From an uncultured delta proteobacterium (GTDB lineage: Bacteria > Desulfobacterota > Desulfomonilia > Desulfomonilales > Desulfomonilaceae), in the NCBI GenBank assembly GCA_963789265.1, contig CAWBKB010000003.1, positions 672,001 to 736,000 on the forward strand: a stretch of DNA of 64,000 bases, read 5' to 3'. A model generated the notes under the pieces. It did no database searches. It had not been told where the DNA came from and was given only the letters and a program-made list of their open reading frames with translations. Within the stretch, counting starts at the first letter, position 1, and each line of letters opens with the position of its first letter. This document shows, one piece after another, positions 42,857 through 52,972 of the stretch. A program made the position numbers and the translations under genes.

Positions 42857-44555
42857 ATGGAAAAGATCTGGCAAAAACAGTACGTTAAGAGAGTGCCGAA
42901 GACGATCCAGTTCGACGAGACCACCTTACCGGAAGCACTCACCAGGACCGCTTCCAGATTCCCGGACAACCCCGCACTTATTTTCCGTGGAACGACAGTA
43001 ACCTATCGCGAACTGGAAGACATGGCCTCCCGATTCGCTGGGGCATTGTCAGCCATGGGTCTTAAGCGGGGCGGAAAAGTTTCTCTCATTATGCCTAACC
43101 TCATTCAGGCCGTTGTGGCCATTTACGGCACACTTCGAGCCGGCGGCATTGTGGTGACCCACAACCCTCGAAATGATGACATGCAGTTCGAATTCCAGAT
43201 GAACAACGCTGGTTCTGAGATGGTTGTATGCTTGGACGTTCTTGTACCTAGGATTATTAACATTAGAAAACGGACTGGTGTTAAGAAGATCATTTCCTGC
43301 CATATTCGCGACTATCTCCCATTTCTTGCAAAAAAGCTCTTTCCCTTGGTGAAGAAAGAGCTACATCTAAAGACTCCGACAGGGGGGGATGTCTTCGAGT
43401 TTACAGAAACTCATGGACAGTAATAAGCCTTCTTCCCAACCGGCTCACGCACGGATGGATGACACGGCCTTTATTCTTTACACCAGCGCCACCACCGGTA
43501 AGGCAAAGGGAGTGGAGCTGACCCATGGCAATGCTTCGATAAATGTGCAGCAACTCCGTTGCTGGTTTCCCGGCTTCGTAGACGGACATGAGACAGTGGT
43601 TGCGTGTCTGCCTTTCTTCCATGTCTTCGGGCTTACTTGTGCACTAAATACTGGCATTTTCTACGGTTATGCAGTGATTCTCGTTCCGCTTCCCGAACCG
43701 AAAAGCATTCTTGAAGCCATCCACACTTACAAGGCAACCTATGTTCCTGCTCTTCCCAGTTGGTACACGGGCATGATAAACGATCCCAGCTTAAAGAAAT
43801 ATGATCTCAGATCCCTTAAAGGGTGCTTTTCCGGCGCGTCTCCACTGCCGCGCGAGATCATACGCTCATTCGAGAAACTGACAGGAGCCCAGATTTGTGA
43901 GGGATACGGCCTCACCGAATGCTCGCCGGTCAGCCATATCAATCCATTTGGCGGAAAGACAAAGCCGGGGACAATAGGTCTTCCGCTCCCAAACACCGAT
44001 GCAAAAATCGTGGATGTGGACGACCACACTATAGAAATTGCCACTCCCGGCGAGCCGGGCGAGTTGTGTGTAAGAGGGCCGCAAGTCATGAAGGGGTACA
44101 TTAACCTCCCTGAAGCGACTCAAGCTACAATTAAAGATGGATGGCTTCTTACAGGTGACATTGTAACCGTTGACGAAGAGGGTTTCTTCACCGTGGTTAA
44201 CCGCAAAGTGGAGATGATTGTTTCCGGCGGACAGAAGATTTTTCCACGAGAACTGGATGAAGTGCTCTACTCGCACCCGAAGGTCCTCGACGCCTGTGCT
44301 ATCGGAGTCCCCGACGCGGACCGAGGCCAAGTCATAAAGGCCTTTGTGGTATTGAAGAAAGGCGAAAAAGCCACTCCTCAAGAAATCGTTGACTATTGCC
44401 GCAAAAAATTGCCCCCGCTCAAGACTCCTCGATTCGTGATATTCTTGAGCGAGCTTCCGCGGACCCCCGTAGGAAAAGTTTTGCGGAGAGAACTAAAGAG
44501 ACTGCATCTTGTGCAGTCTGCCGCGATCCAGCCGAAGCATACACATTTGGAGTAA
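42857..44555 (+). CDS. Long-chain acyl-CoA ligase (AMP-binding), +1 frameshift near 43410
   Basis: YTSATTGKAKG, PFFHVFG, EGYGLTE, GELCVRGPQVMKGY, TGD, PRTPVGK. Confidence 0.9.
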
Positions 44556-44557
44556 AA

Positions 44558-45382
44558 ATGAATCTGTTTGTTGTCGATGAGGAAAAATGCCAACGAGATG
44601 GCTTCTGCGTAGCAGAGTGCCCCGGCGGACTAATTGAAATCAAAGAAGAAGGGGCTTTCCCATCGCCCATCGCAGGAGCGCAGGAATTGTGCATAGACTG
44701 CGGCCATTGTGTGGCAGTTTGTCCCGCCGCCGCGTTATCTCACAGGAGCATGACGCCGAAAGATTGCCCGTCAGTCCAAAGACAACTTTTCCTGGGCCCG
44801 GAGCATGCCGAGCATTTTTTGCGGGCGAGACGGTCCATTCGGAACTATAAAAACAAACCCGTAGATCGAGCCATTCTGACTCGACTGATTGAAATTGCGC
44901 GATTTGCGCCATCAGCCCACAACTTGCAGCCCGTGAACTGGCTTGTGATCGAAGACGAGACAGAGGTCAGACGACTTGGTGGGCTTGTAATTGACTGGAT
45001 GAGGCTGATGATAGGAGAACACCCTGAAGTGGCGGAGCCCATGCACTTCAACAGAGTAGTTGAAGCATGGGAACGGGGACGAGACAGGATTCTTCGTGGT
45101 GCTCCGCACCTCATTGTGGCGCACGGTCCTCAGTCAATGCCGATAGTGCAGTCAGCCTGTATCATCGCCCTAACATATATGGATCTGGCGGCTCCCCCTT
45201 TCGGTCTTGGGACGTGCTGGGCAGGCTACTTCAATGCAGCCGCCACGTCTTACCCTCCTATGCAAGAGGCATTGGCTCTTCCGGAGAACCACCAATGCTA
45301 TGGCGCCTTGATGGTGGGATACCCAAAATATCAGTACCAAAGGCTTCCCTTGAGAAAAGAACCAAGCATCTCTTGGAGATGA
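44558..45382 (+). CDS. Nitroreductase family protein with N-terminal 2x[4Fe-4S] domain
   Basis: CQRDGFCVAECP, CIDCGHCVAVCP, RRSIRNY, APSAHNLQP, GLGTCWAG. Confidence 0.92.
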   Translation: MNLFVVDEEKCQRDGFCVAECPGGLIEIKEEGAFPSPIAGAQELCIDCGHCVAVCPAAALSHRSMTPKDCPSVQRQLFLGPEHAEHFLRARRSIRNYKNKPVDRAILTRLIEIARFAPSAHNLQPVNWLVIEDETEVRRLGGLVIDWMRLMIGEHPEVAEPMHFNRVVEAWERGRDRILRGAPHLIVAHGPQSMPIVQSACIIALTYMDLAAPPFGLGTCWAGYFNAAATSYPPMQEALALPENHQCYGALMVGYPKYQYQRLPLRKEPSISWR

Positions 45383-45403
45383 TGTAATGGCTGGCCCTTG
45401 GTC

Positions 45404-45624
45404 AGCTCGCATGGGATGTGGTGAATCCCGCTTCCAGCGGAATGAACCGCATCGCTCGCGCTCCGAAACGGCCGAAACAAGTGAGTTGATTCATTGTGAA
45501 AACAAAAGGCTCAGAGCAGGCGAGCAGGACAGCATTCGACCACCCGCTCACCGGCCTTAAAGCCCTTTTCCGCGCAGGATGCGGTTCCCCCGCGTCTAGC
45601 GGGGTTCACCACATCCTGCGAGCT
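45404..45624. mobile_element. MITE-like element (shell G) with ~55-bp imperfect inverted ends
   Basis: AGCTCGCATGGGATGTGGTGAATCCCGCT..AACCGCATC / GATGCGGTT..AGCGGGGTTCACCACATCCTGCGAGCT. Confidence 0.65.
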
Positions 45625-45626
45625 AA

Positions 45627-45906
45627 GTACAGGTTTTCATAAATTCGGTCACGTATCTTCACGGTGGAGATTGCTTCGTCGTTTCATTCCTCGCAATGAC
45701 ATTTCTACTATCTGTCATTGCGAGCGCAGCGAAGCAATCTTCTTCCGTAACCGGTTCTTAACGAGACCGTATCCTGGTACCGTAGCCGCCATTCCCGAGT
45801 ACGCGGGAATCCAGTAGGACCGGCCTCCGTGCCGGTTTTTCGCGAAACGCCGGCAGGGACGCCAGCGCTACCGTGCAGTTGGCACCGTAATTATGAAATT
45901 CTGTAC
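45627..45906. mobile_element. MITE-like element (shell D), flanked by TAA/TAA
   Basis: GTACAGGTTTTCATAAATT ... AATTATGAAATTCTGTAC; carries GAGATTGCTTCG..GCAATGAC doublet. Confidence 0.7.
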
Positions 45907-46125
45907 TAAGCTTAGAGAATCACCCCGACAAGACCGCAATGGGCCGTATCGAGAAGAGATTCGATTTCCTCGGGTATCACTTCAGTCCGCAAGTACTGTC
46001 CCTCGCGCAGAAGACCATCGACAATTTCGTCGAAAAAGCGCTCCGGCTTTATGAGCAAGAGTCGCCCCATCGAAGGATGAAGCGGCTTGGAGAGTACAGG
46101 CCATAGGTGGGCAGGGTGGGCTCTG
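45906..46125 (+). pseudogene. 3' remnant of a group II-like reverse transcriptase
   Basis: Manual translation LSLENHPDKTAMGRIEKRFDFLGYHF...LRLYEQ...RLGEY, then RWAGW after +1 shift; no 5' catalytic domains. Confidence 0.72.
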
Positions 46126-46150
46126 AGCGTCAGAAGGACCCGTGGTCTCA

Positions 46151-47600
46151 TCACGGACTGACCACAAAAGACACTCCACCCCCCGGAGCGAAAGTAAGGT
46201 CCTCCGCACTGTCAACTCTAACGGTGTCCGCGGTGCCGGGTGAGCCTGAACCCGAACTGCCGAACAGGACGCTAGTGTGCCCCGATTGTCCGGAAATGGT
46301 CGGGGTAGGGGGAACGACGGGCCTAAACCGGAAAAAGATGGTCGCGTGCGTGGTCAAAAGGACAGCGGGGATGGCAACGGGGGGTCCGGTGTATCCACAC
46401 CAGTATATGGTTACGGACGATGCCGAGGTGATGACCACGGGGGGATTATCTACTGAGTTGAACGTGAAGGGAATGATGGTGGTCCGCTTCACAGTGTACC
46501 CGGGAAGGATGCAGCCCTGGCTACCGCGGGCCAACACCGCTGAGGAAGGCTGGTGCCAATCCCTCTTCACCGGCTGGACCAACATATAACGGAGACTACG
46601 GGGACTCTTGAAAATGGGCTCTGGTGTGGTAAAAGGGCTCTCACCCCTGAAGATATTCTCAAATTGGAATCCTATATTGACGAATCCTCCCACTTCCTGG
46701 TACGTGTCATTCACCTTGTCGTGCCCCACCTTATACCGGAGGACGAACATTGCGTCCCGTGACCAGAGTTCCGCACCCCCGTTCCAGCCGTACACGCTGT
46801 TCCCGATATCAAACTTGTACCCGGTGGCGCTCAGACGGAGATCAGGACCGCCATTCCAAAGCTCATGCGAATATCCTGCCTGAAAATCAAAGTTTGATGG
46901 ACCGTACCTGAATGCGTTGATAATCACATTGCTGTTGAAGAGCTGCCCGTACCAGTTGAAATTGAAATCGAGCGCGTCACTACCCATCAGCGCGGCCATT
47001 TCAAACCCGAGCCCCCCGGATGAATACCAGGTTCCACCCAAACGGGAGGTATCGTAAAAACCGTTTACGCCAAGGAGAGTGTCGCGTCTCAGGAACGTAC
47101 GGAACCCGCCGCCGAAAGACATATCGACCCGGTTATTGAAGCTGCTGTTCGTGGTTCCGCTTGTGAATCCGGATCTCAATGTATTCCAGAAATCCTGGAA
47201 TTCCGTGTGAGCCTCCCCGAATACCTCAGAATCCGCGCTTAAAGTGAACGGCAACAGGTAGTCCGCGGTGAAACGGCCCGAGTTGACCCTATTGTTGCCG
47301 AAATCGTACAGAGTCCCCGAACTGAAGATTGGGAATTAAAGGCAGGATACCTCTGAGCATGCCGTCGGAGATATACAGCGATTGGGGTCCACTGGGAGCC
47401 CCGAGGCTACCCGGTAATCCCAAGGGATTAGACGGTGCCACATCGAGTCCTCCACCAGGGGGGCCACCTCTCAGTGCATTGGGAGCGCTGTACGGCGATT
47501 GTTGCAGACCTTGTGCGTACACAACGGAGGAGAGAGCGCAAGATAAAAGAAGGGCCAAATGCAGGACGAGGATTAGCCGTCCGATTGAACGCGACCCCAT
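46151..47600 (-). CDS. Inverse-autotransporter beta-barrel domain protein, +1 frameshift near 47315
   Basis: Signal peptide after AGGAGG; SFGGGFR..LLGVNGFYD, GLGFE, FNWY, MLVQPVKR; short beta-rich C-terminal passenger. Confidence 0.75.
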
Positions 47601-47654
47601 ACCATGCCTCCTCTGTGCTAAGGGCTCTTGAGACCTCTCAATGCAAACCGCAAC

Positions 47655-47813
47655 GTACACATTCACTTACGCGAGGCACCTTTTGTCCCTTGTCATTGCG
47701 AGGAGTGCAGCGACGAAGCAATCTAATTGGCGTTTAAAGGAAAAGGTTGCTTCGTCCCGCGAGACGCGGGACTCGCAATGACAATCTTTCGCCGCTCATA
47801 ACTGAATGATTAC
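47655..47813. mobile_element. MITE-like element (shell F)
   Basis: GTACACATTCACTTACG ... CATAACTGAATGATTAC; GTCATTGCGAG..CTCGCAATGAC cargo. Confidence 0.65.
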
Positions 47814-47935
47814 ACCGCAAAGGCCTCCCCAACCGAGCATGATCTCAAGGCCCATCAAATAGAAATTACAGGAACTTTCCGGGCAAAGTTTAGATTACTG
47901 GGGCGAAAGAAGTCAAGAAAATTGAGAGGTTCGGA

Positions 47936-48079
47936 GCAGCCATTCAGTTACGCGGGGGAGTTGTCGGTTCCCTGTCATTGCGAGGAGTGAAACGACGAAG
48001 CAATCTAAGGTCTTAGCGGAAAGGATTGCTTCGCTTCGCTCGCAATGACAATCTTTTGCCGCTCGTAACTGAGAGATTG
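47936..48079. mobile_element. MITE-like element (shell F)
   Basis: CATTCAGTTACG ... CGTAACTGAGAG; GTCATTGCGAG..CTCGCAATGAC cargo. Confidence 0.65.
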
Positions 48080-48226
48080 AGGTTAGGACTGAAGGCACCT
48101 CACAATTCGTGAGAAGGTATGTTTCACAGATAGTTCAGGATAGTTTGAAATGGTTATCGCCAATAGCCGGAACAATCCGAATCTTTTTTCCCGCTGAACC
48201 GTTACCGGATATGATTGCTTGGTGCA

Positions 48227-48430
48227 TCAGAGCCCCAATTTTTTCTTGACTTCATCCAGAGTGTAAGTCTTTTCCTTCCCGTCCTGACCCCTTTTCATAA
48301 CAACTAATGCGTCGATGAGGTCTTCCCTATCTTTCGGGTCGTCCAACTCGGCCAACGCTTTCCGGACCTCCGGGTCCTTCAATATTTCGCGCTCTTCCGT
48401 CCCTCTGGGATCCAATATAGGCACAGGCAT
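48227..48430 (-). CDS. Small antitoxin-like protein
   Basis: 67 aa, acidic, ends TYTLDEVKKKLGL as in RelB-like antitoxins. Confidence 0.5.
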   Translation of the reverse strand: MPVPILDPRGTEEREILKDPEVRKALAELDDPKDREDLIDALVVMKRGQDGKEKTYTLDEVKKKLGL

Positions 48431-48793
48431 GAGAACTTCCTGTGAAAGATATTATCATAAGACACCGCCACTCCACAGATGGTTCATTGGCCCATCGTCC
48501 TTCCACTTGGACCCAACATGAACGCAGGCTGGTCACACGGCCCACGAGATCGGCATATTCGCGCACTGACGGACATAGCGCTCCCTTCCCTCCGCTTTTC
48601 GCCGGCCCCCATCGCCGCGTGCTGGTCCTGCTCACGCTTGCCGAGTTTCATCACCATTATTAATCTATGAGCACGATTAGACGAATCGGCTGTCTAATTA
48701 TACAGGAAGGCGTATTAAAGCTCGCCGACCGAGAGGCAGGCAGCAGGCACGGCAGCGGAGTGGAAAAAGTATTTCAACAGAAAGGATCGGAAA

Positions 48794-48976
48794 ATGGTAC
48801 GAGTTGAATTCAGCGAGGAGGAAGCAGCGCTGGTAAGGGAGATCCTGGAAAGTTACGTTTCAGAGTTGGGTGCGGAGATCCACAAAACGGACACGTTTTC
48901 TTTCCGAAGCCATCTGAAACACGATAAGGCGGTCATTATGGACATCATTGGTCGCATGCACAAGTTGGCCGCGTGA
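48794..48976 (+). CDS. Small helical hypothetical protein
   Basis: AAAGGA RBS; EEAALVREILESYVSEL..EI..TD...F...LK pattern. Confidence 0.65.
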   Translation: MVRVEFSEEEAALVREILESYVSELGAEIHKTDTFSFRSHLKHDKAVIMDIIGRMHKLAA

Positions 48977-49082
48977 CAATTGACTTTTCGCTCTCTTCGA
49001 GCCGGACCTCTGTTTCGAGATGTGGAGGTCGTTCCGACGGATGCGGGCAGGTGGTTACCTGCCCTTGTTCTTTTAACGCTAC

Positions 49083-49622
49083 TTATTTGACAACCTTCAG
49101 CATCTGTTTGAATTTGTCGCCTTCCGCCACTTTCAACAATTCGAATAAGGCGGTTTCTGCGCTGGTCAGCGAAGCGCCAAGTTCTTTGCATCGCTCCAGG
49201 CCGATGTTCCTGTTGGCTAATGTTCGCGAAGAGACTGCATCCGTTACCACTTGCACCTCGCACTCCAGGTCGATCAGATCCGCGGCGGTCTGATAGACGC
49301 ATACGTGTGACTCAATGCCGCAGAGCAGGGCTTGTTTGCGATTTAGCTTCAGTAGTTGCTGCATGAAGCGCGGCTCGCCACAGCAACTGAAACTCGACTT
49401 ACTGATTGGCTTAGTATCGGAGAGCAGTTCAGCGACTTCCGGCACGGTAGGTCCGAGACCGCGGGGGTTTTGCTCTGTCCAAAGAATCGGCAAACCGAGA
49501 ATTTTGGCCCCCTGAACCATCTTAGCCGCGTTTTCGACTAGCACTTGCTGTTCGTGCATGGCTTGCACGAGTTTTTCCTGAAGATCGACCACCAGCAGAA
49601 CGGCCTGTTCCCGGATCAGCAT
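49083..49622 (-). CDS. Isochorismatase family hydrolase
   Basis: VVDLQEKL, TEQNP.GLG.T, FSCC, GIESHVCVYQT, DAVSSR. Confidence 0.92.
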   Translation of the reverse strand: MLIREQAVLLVVDLQEKLVQAMHEQQVLVENAAKMVQGAKILGLPILWTEQNPRGLGPTVPEVAELLSDTKPISKSSFSCCGEPRFMQQLLKLNRKQALLCGIESHVCVYQTAADLIDLECEVQVVTDAVSSRTLANRNIGLERCKELGASLTSAETALFELLKVAEGDKFKQMLKVVK

Positions 49623-49889
49623 CTACTCGCTTCCCTCCGTCTTTTCACCGGCTTGCCCGCCTTCTGAGATTTTGGACAAAACTGTTTGCTTACCCTTTGC
49701 GCTGAGTTTCAACGCGGCCACGTTGCCACATTTTGCGCAAACTTTTGCCCTGGGTATCGCTTCGTCATTAAGTAATTTCCGGATCTTCTCGTAGTTCGTC
49801 TTGATTAAAGTCATGCCGCAAAATGGGCATTCCATAACGATCCGGGTTTCATAAAATAGCATTTTTGCGCGTCTGATCTTCGGCGACAT
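49623..49889 (-). CDS. Small Zn-ribbon-like protein
   Basis: CPFCG...CAKCG; stop abuts the next gene's ATG. Confidence 0.6.
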   Translation of the reverse strand: MSPKIRRAKMLFYETRIVMECPFCGMTLIKTNYEKIRKLLNDEAIPRAKVCAKCGNVAALKLSAKGKQTVLSKISEGGQAGEKTEGSE

Positions 49890-49942
49890 GTGCTCACACG
49901 ATTCTAAGCGGCACCGTCTACCGCCTTCTGAGTTAGATCAGG

Positions 49943-50767
49943 CTATTTGTTTGCAGAAGTATGGCCCGGCTCAGTTCCCAGGATATTCAGAGGCGACTTA
50001 CCCCCTTCCGCCTCTCCGGTCACATATCCGAACTCATCCTTCACGATTTCCGCAACTTTTTTGTAAAGTGTCCTTAAAGGAATGTCTGACGGGCATGTCT
50101 CCGTGCACAAATTACAATCTATGCACCTTCCGGCCATGTGAACAGCACGGATAATATGGAACATAGGGTTCTCGGGAGGTAAATCTCCGGTTCTGATCAG
50201 CTTGTCATCTTCAAGCGAACAAACGTTGCAAAAACACACCGGGCAAACGTTCCGGCAGCCATAACACTTGAGGCAGCGATCGAATTCCCCCATCCAGTAA
50301 GCCAATCGCTCGGAAAGATCTTTTGCCATGACCTGCTCCACACGGGCGCTGGGAACAGGTTCCGCCTTTTCTCCCGCGACAAACGTGTCAGGAAAAGGTT
50401 TGCGACATTCATGAGCGTTAGCCAAGTCCTGCGGGCAGGCTATACCAACCCTGATAATTTTCTCCGTAGAACTGATCTGATTCCATCGCAACAATTCATT
50501 CAAGGCCCTCTCGTCGCAGCCCCGCAACAACACGCCGAAAGCCTTTTCAGGCTCACGGCTCAGCACCGTCATAAAAATGCGCGCGATGGGATAACGGGCA
50601 TCCCCCGGTTCTTCCAAATCGCCCAGACTAAGCCCGTTTTCCAGGTCATCCGCTTTTTCGTAAAGGTACGGAAGGATGTTTCCGTCTTGGTTCTTCAGTC
50701 CCAAGAATCCTGCTATCTTCCCCTCGCTCAAGAGTGTCTTTACGTGGTCTCTTACTTGTTCGATCAT
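49943..50767 (-). CDS. FdhB/FrhB-like 4Fe-4S dicluster protein associated with Hdr/MvhD
   Basis: RGCDERAL, CLKCYGCRNVCPVCFC, HMAGRCIDCNLCTETCP. Confidence 0.8.
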   Translation of the reverse strand: MIEQVRDHVKTLLSEGKIAGFLGLKNQDGNILPYLYEKADDLENGLSLGDLEEPGDARYPIARIFMTVLSREPEKAFGVLLRGCDERALNELLRWNQISSTEKIIRVGIACPQDLANAHECRKPFPDTFVAGEKAEPVPSARVEQVMAKDLSERLAYWMGEFDRCLKCYGCRNVCPVCFCNVCSLEDDKLIRTGDLPPENPMFHIIRAVHMAGRCIDCNLCTETCPSDIPLRTLYKKVAEIVKDEFGYVTGEAEGGKSPLNILGTEPGHTSANK

Positions 50768-50822
50768 TTTATCTCGCAGTCGGCTGTTTGCCGCGATTTC
50801 TATTTCATAAACGCGATCAAGC

Positions 50823-51263
50823 TTATCCGGCCATCTTTATTTTGGAGGTTCCATTAAGGGGCGATGGTCCCAGGGCACGGATTTTCTCGACAAAATCGGT
50901 AACTACTTGAGCATAACGCGGGCCTTCAGCCGAAGAGACCCATTTGAGGACAAGTCTCTCCGGATCCACTCCCGAGAATTCGAGAAGCCTTTTCATGAAA
51001 GCCGTTCTTTTCACCGTCATATAATTACCATACAGGTAATGGCAGTCTCCGACGTGTCAGCCCCCCACAAAGACGCCATCCGCCCCCTTCTGAAAGGCCT
51101 TCAGTATCTGGTGAGGCCCGACGGTGGCGGAACATAGCGTCCTAATGGTCCGGATGTTGGGCGGATATTGCAAGCGACTCACTCCCGCCAAATCCGCACC
51201 TGCGTACGCGCACCAATTGCAAAGAAAGCCGATTATCGTCGGTTCAAATTGTTCGCTGGACAT
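50823..51263 (-). CDS. mvhD: MvhD-like [2Fe-2S] protein, selenoprotein (Sec69, TGA 51059-51057)
   Basis: [39 protein letters not shown]; in-frame readthrough joins two ORFs. Confidence 0.92.
51012..51056 (-). promoter_or_regulatory. Bacterial SECIS-like hairpin
   Basis: ATTACC-TGTAT-GGTAAT, loop at +23; lower stem CACGTC/GAC(G)GTG. Confidence 0.7.
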
Positions 51264-51279
51264 TTCCTTCCTCTTCCGA

Positions 51280-52959
51280 TCATCCCGCAAGGGCCTGTTC
51301 AATCTGTGCATAAATCTGGTCGCTGGAAAAACCCTCGAGTCGAGCGCTCCCCGATGGGCAGGTAGAAGCGCAACCGCCGCATCCTTTGCAGAGCACCTTA
51401 TTTACCCGGCAAACGCCTTCTTCTTCCGAGTAACTGATTGCACCGTACGGGCAAACATCCACACAGCCCAGGCAACCGCAGCACGTATCAGCGTTGATAT
51501 CAGCAGCAACGCCGCTCGTATAAAGCGCTTCCTTGGAAAGCACTCCCGCGGCTCGGGAAGCCGCACCAAGGCCTTGGGAAACCGCCTCCCTTATTGTAGA
51601 CGGGAAACGAGCGTTCCCGCAGAGATACACTCCATCTGTGGCGAAATCCAGAGGCTTCAGCTTCACATGGCCTTCTAGGAAAAAGCCGTTCGCGTTCACA
51701 GGGACTTTTAGCATTGTCGATATGTTCCCAACGTCCTCCTGAGCGATCAACGGGGTAGATAGTACCACCAAGTCCGCAGGGATGGCCATTTCCTTCCCCA
51801 TACGCAGGTGATAGACCCTAACCTGGCCGGCCTCAACCACCGGCGGCCTGTCCGGATCGTAGGTAACGTAGCGGACGCCCATTTCCTTGGATTTCCGGAA
51901 CATGTCTTCGTTCTCGACGCCGTACATCTGCATATCGCGATAGAGGATCGTCAAGGTAGTAGTGGGATCGGCCTCTTTGAGCAGAATTGCATTCTTGACC
52001 GCTGTCATGCAGCAAATGCGGGAGCAATATGTACGCTCTTCACAGCGAGAGCCCACGCACTGGATCATAACCACGTTCTTACGTCCGGGCGCACCTTGTT
52101 TGAGCATGGCTTCCAATTCAAGGTGGGTGACGATCTTTTCGCCATCGTAGTTGAAGAGACCTTCAGGCTTAAGCACTCTCGCGCCCACGGCCACGACGAT
52201 GACCCCAGCGTTGATTTTGCTTTCAGCGCCGTTGTCCGACAGAGTCACGGTGTAATTTCCGACGAAACCCTCCACTTTTTTCACTTGGGCCAGGGTATGA
52301 ATCCTCACTTTGGGATTGGTTTCAAGTCTGGTCTTCAAGTCGTTCACGAGGTTGGCCGGCGGCTCATTAGCGGGCAGGATGAGGTTTAGATCGTTGAGCA
52401 GACCTCCAAGGCGGTCCCGCTTTTCCACAAGGTCAACCTCGTACCCCATGTTACCCAGGGCCAATGTGGCGGACATGCCCGAAACCCCGCCACCTATTAC
52501 GACGGCGCTGTGATACAGGTCAAGCTTGATCCGGCTCAATTCCCGGAGCCTAGCCGCTTTGGCCACGGCCATCCCGATCTGTGCTTTGGCCCTGGCTGTC
52601 GCTTTATCCCCTTCCTTCATGTGGACCCATGAACACTGATCGCGAATATTGGCCATCTCGAAAAGATACGGGTTGAGCCCTGCTTCCTCGCAGGCACTCA
52701 TGAAAAGGGGCTCGTGAGTCCGTGGTGTGCATGATGCAACCACAACTCGGTTAAGGTTTTCCCTCGGAATCGCCTCTTTTATCTCATTTATGCCACCCTC
52801 GGAACAGGTGTACAGATTTTCCTGAGCATAGACTACGTTGGGGAGGGTTTTGGCGTATTCGACCAGTTCCTTCATTTGCAGGTATCCCGCGATATTGGAA
52901 CCACAGTCGCAAATAAAAACACCCACTCGAACGCCGTCAGATTTGGTTTCTGCTTTCAA
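51280..52959 (-). CDS. hdrA: HdrA-family flavoprotein (equivalent of the C-terminal module)
   Basis: GVFICDCGSNI, ASCTPRTHE, NIRDQCSWVH, GGGVSG, QCVGSR, CSRICC, two ferredoxin motifs. Confidence 0.92.
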   Translation of the reverse strand: MKAETKSDGVRVGVFICDCGSNIAGYLQMKELVEYAKTLPNVVYAQENLYTCSEGGINEIKEAIPRENLNRVVVASCTPRTHEPLFMSACEEAGLNPYLFEMANIRDQCSWVHMKEGDKATARAKAQIGMAVAKAARLRELSRIKLDLYHSAVVIGGGVSGMSATLALGNMGYEVDLVEKRDRLGGLLNDLNLILPANEPPANLVNDLKTRLETNPKVRIHTLAQVKKVEGFVGNYTVTLSDNGAESKINAGVIVVAVGARVLKPEGLFNYDGEKIVTHLELEAMLKQGAPGRKNVVMIQCVGSRCEERTYCSRICCMTAVKNAILLKEADPTTTLTILYRDMQMYGVENEDMFRKSKEMGVRYVTYDPDRPPVVEAGQVRVYHLRMGKEMAIPADLVVLSTPLIAQEDVGNISTMLKVPVNANGFFLEGHVKLKPLDFATDGVYLCGNARFPSTIREAVSQGLGAASRAAGVLSKEALYTSGVAADINADTCCGCLGCVDVCPYGAISYSEEEGVCRVNKVLCKGCGGCASTCPSGSARLEGFSSDQIYAQIEQALAG

Positions 52960-52972
52960 TCTACTCTCTCCC

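Noticed and set aside
45906..47600. Diversity-generating retroelement (RT plus surface protein)
   Set aside because: The RT is only a 3' fragment and I found no TR/VR pair differing at adenines
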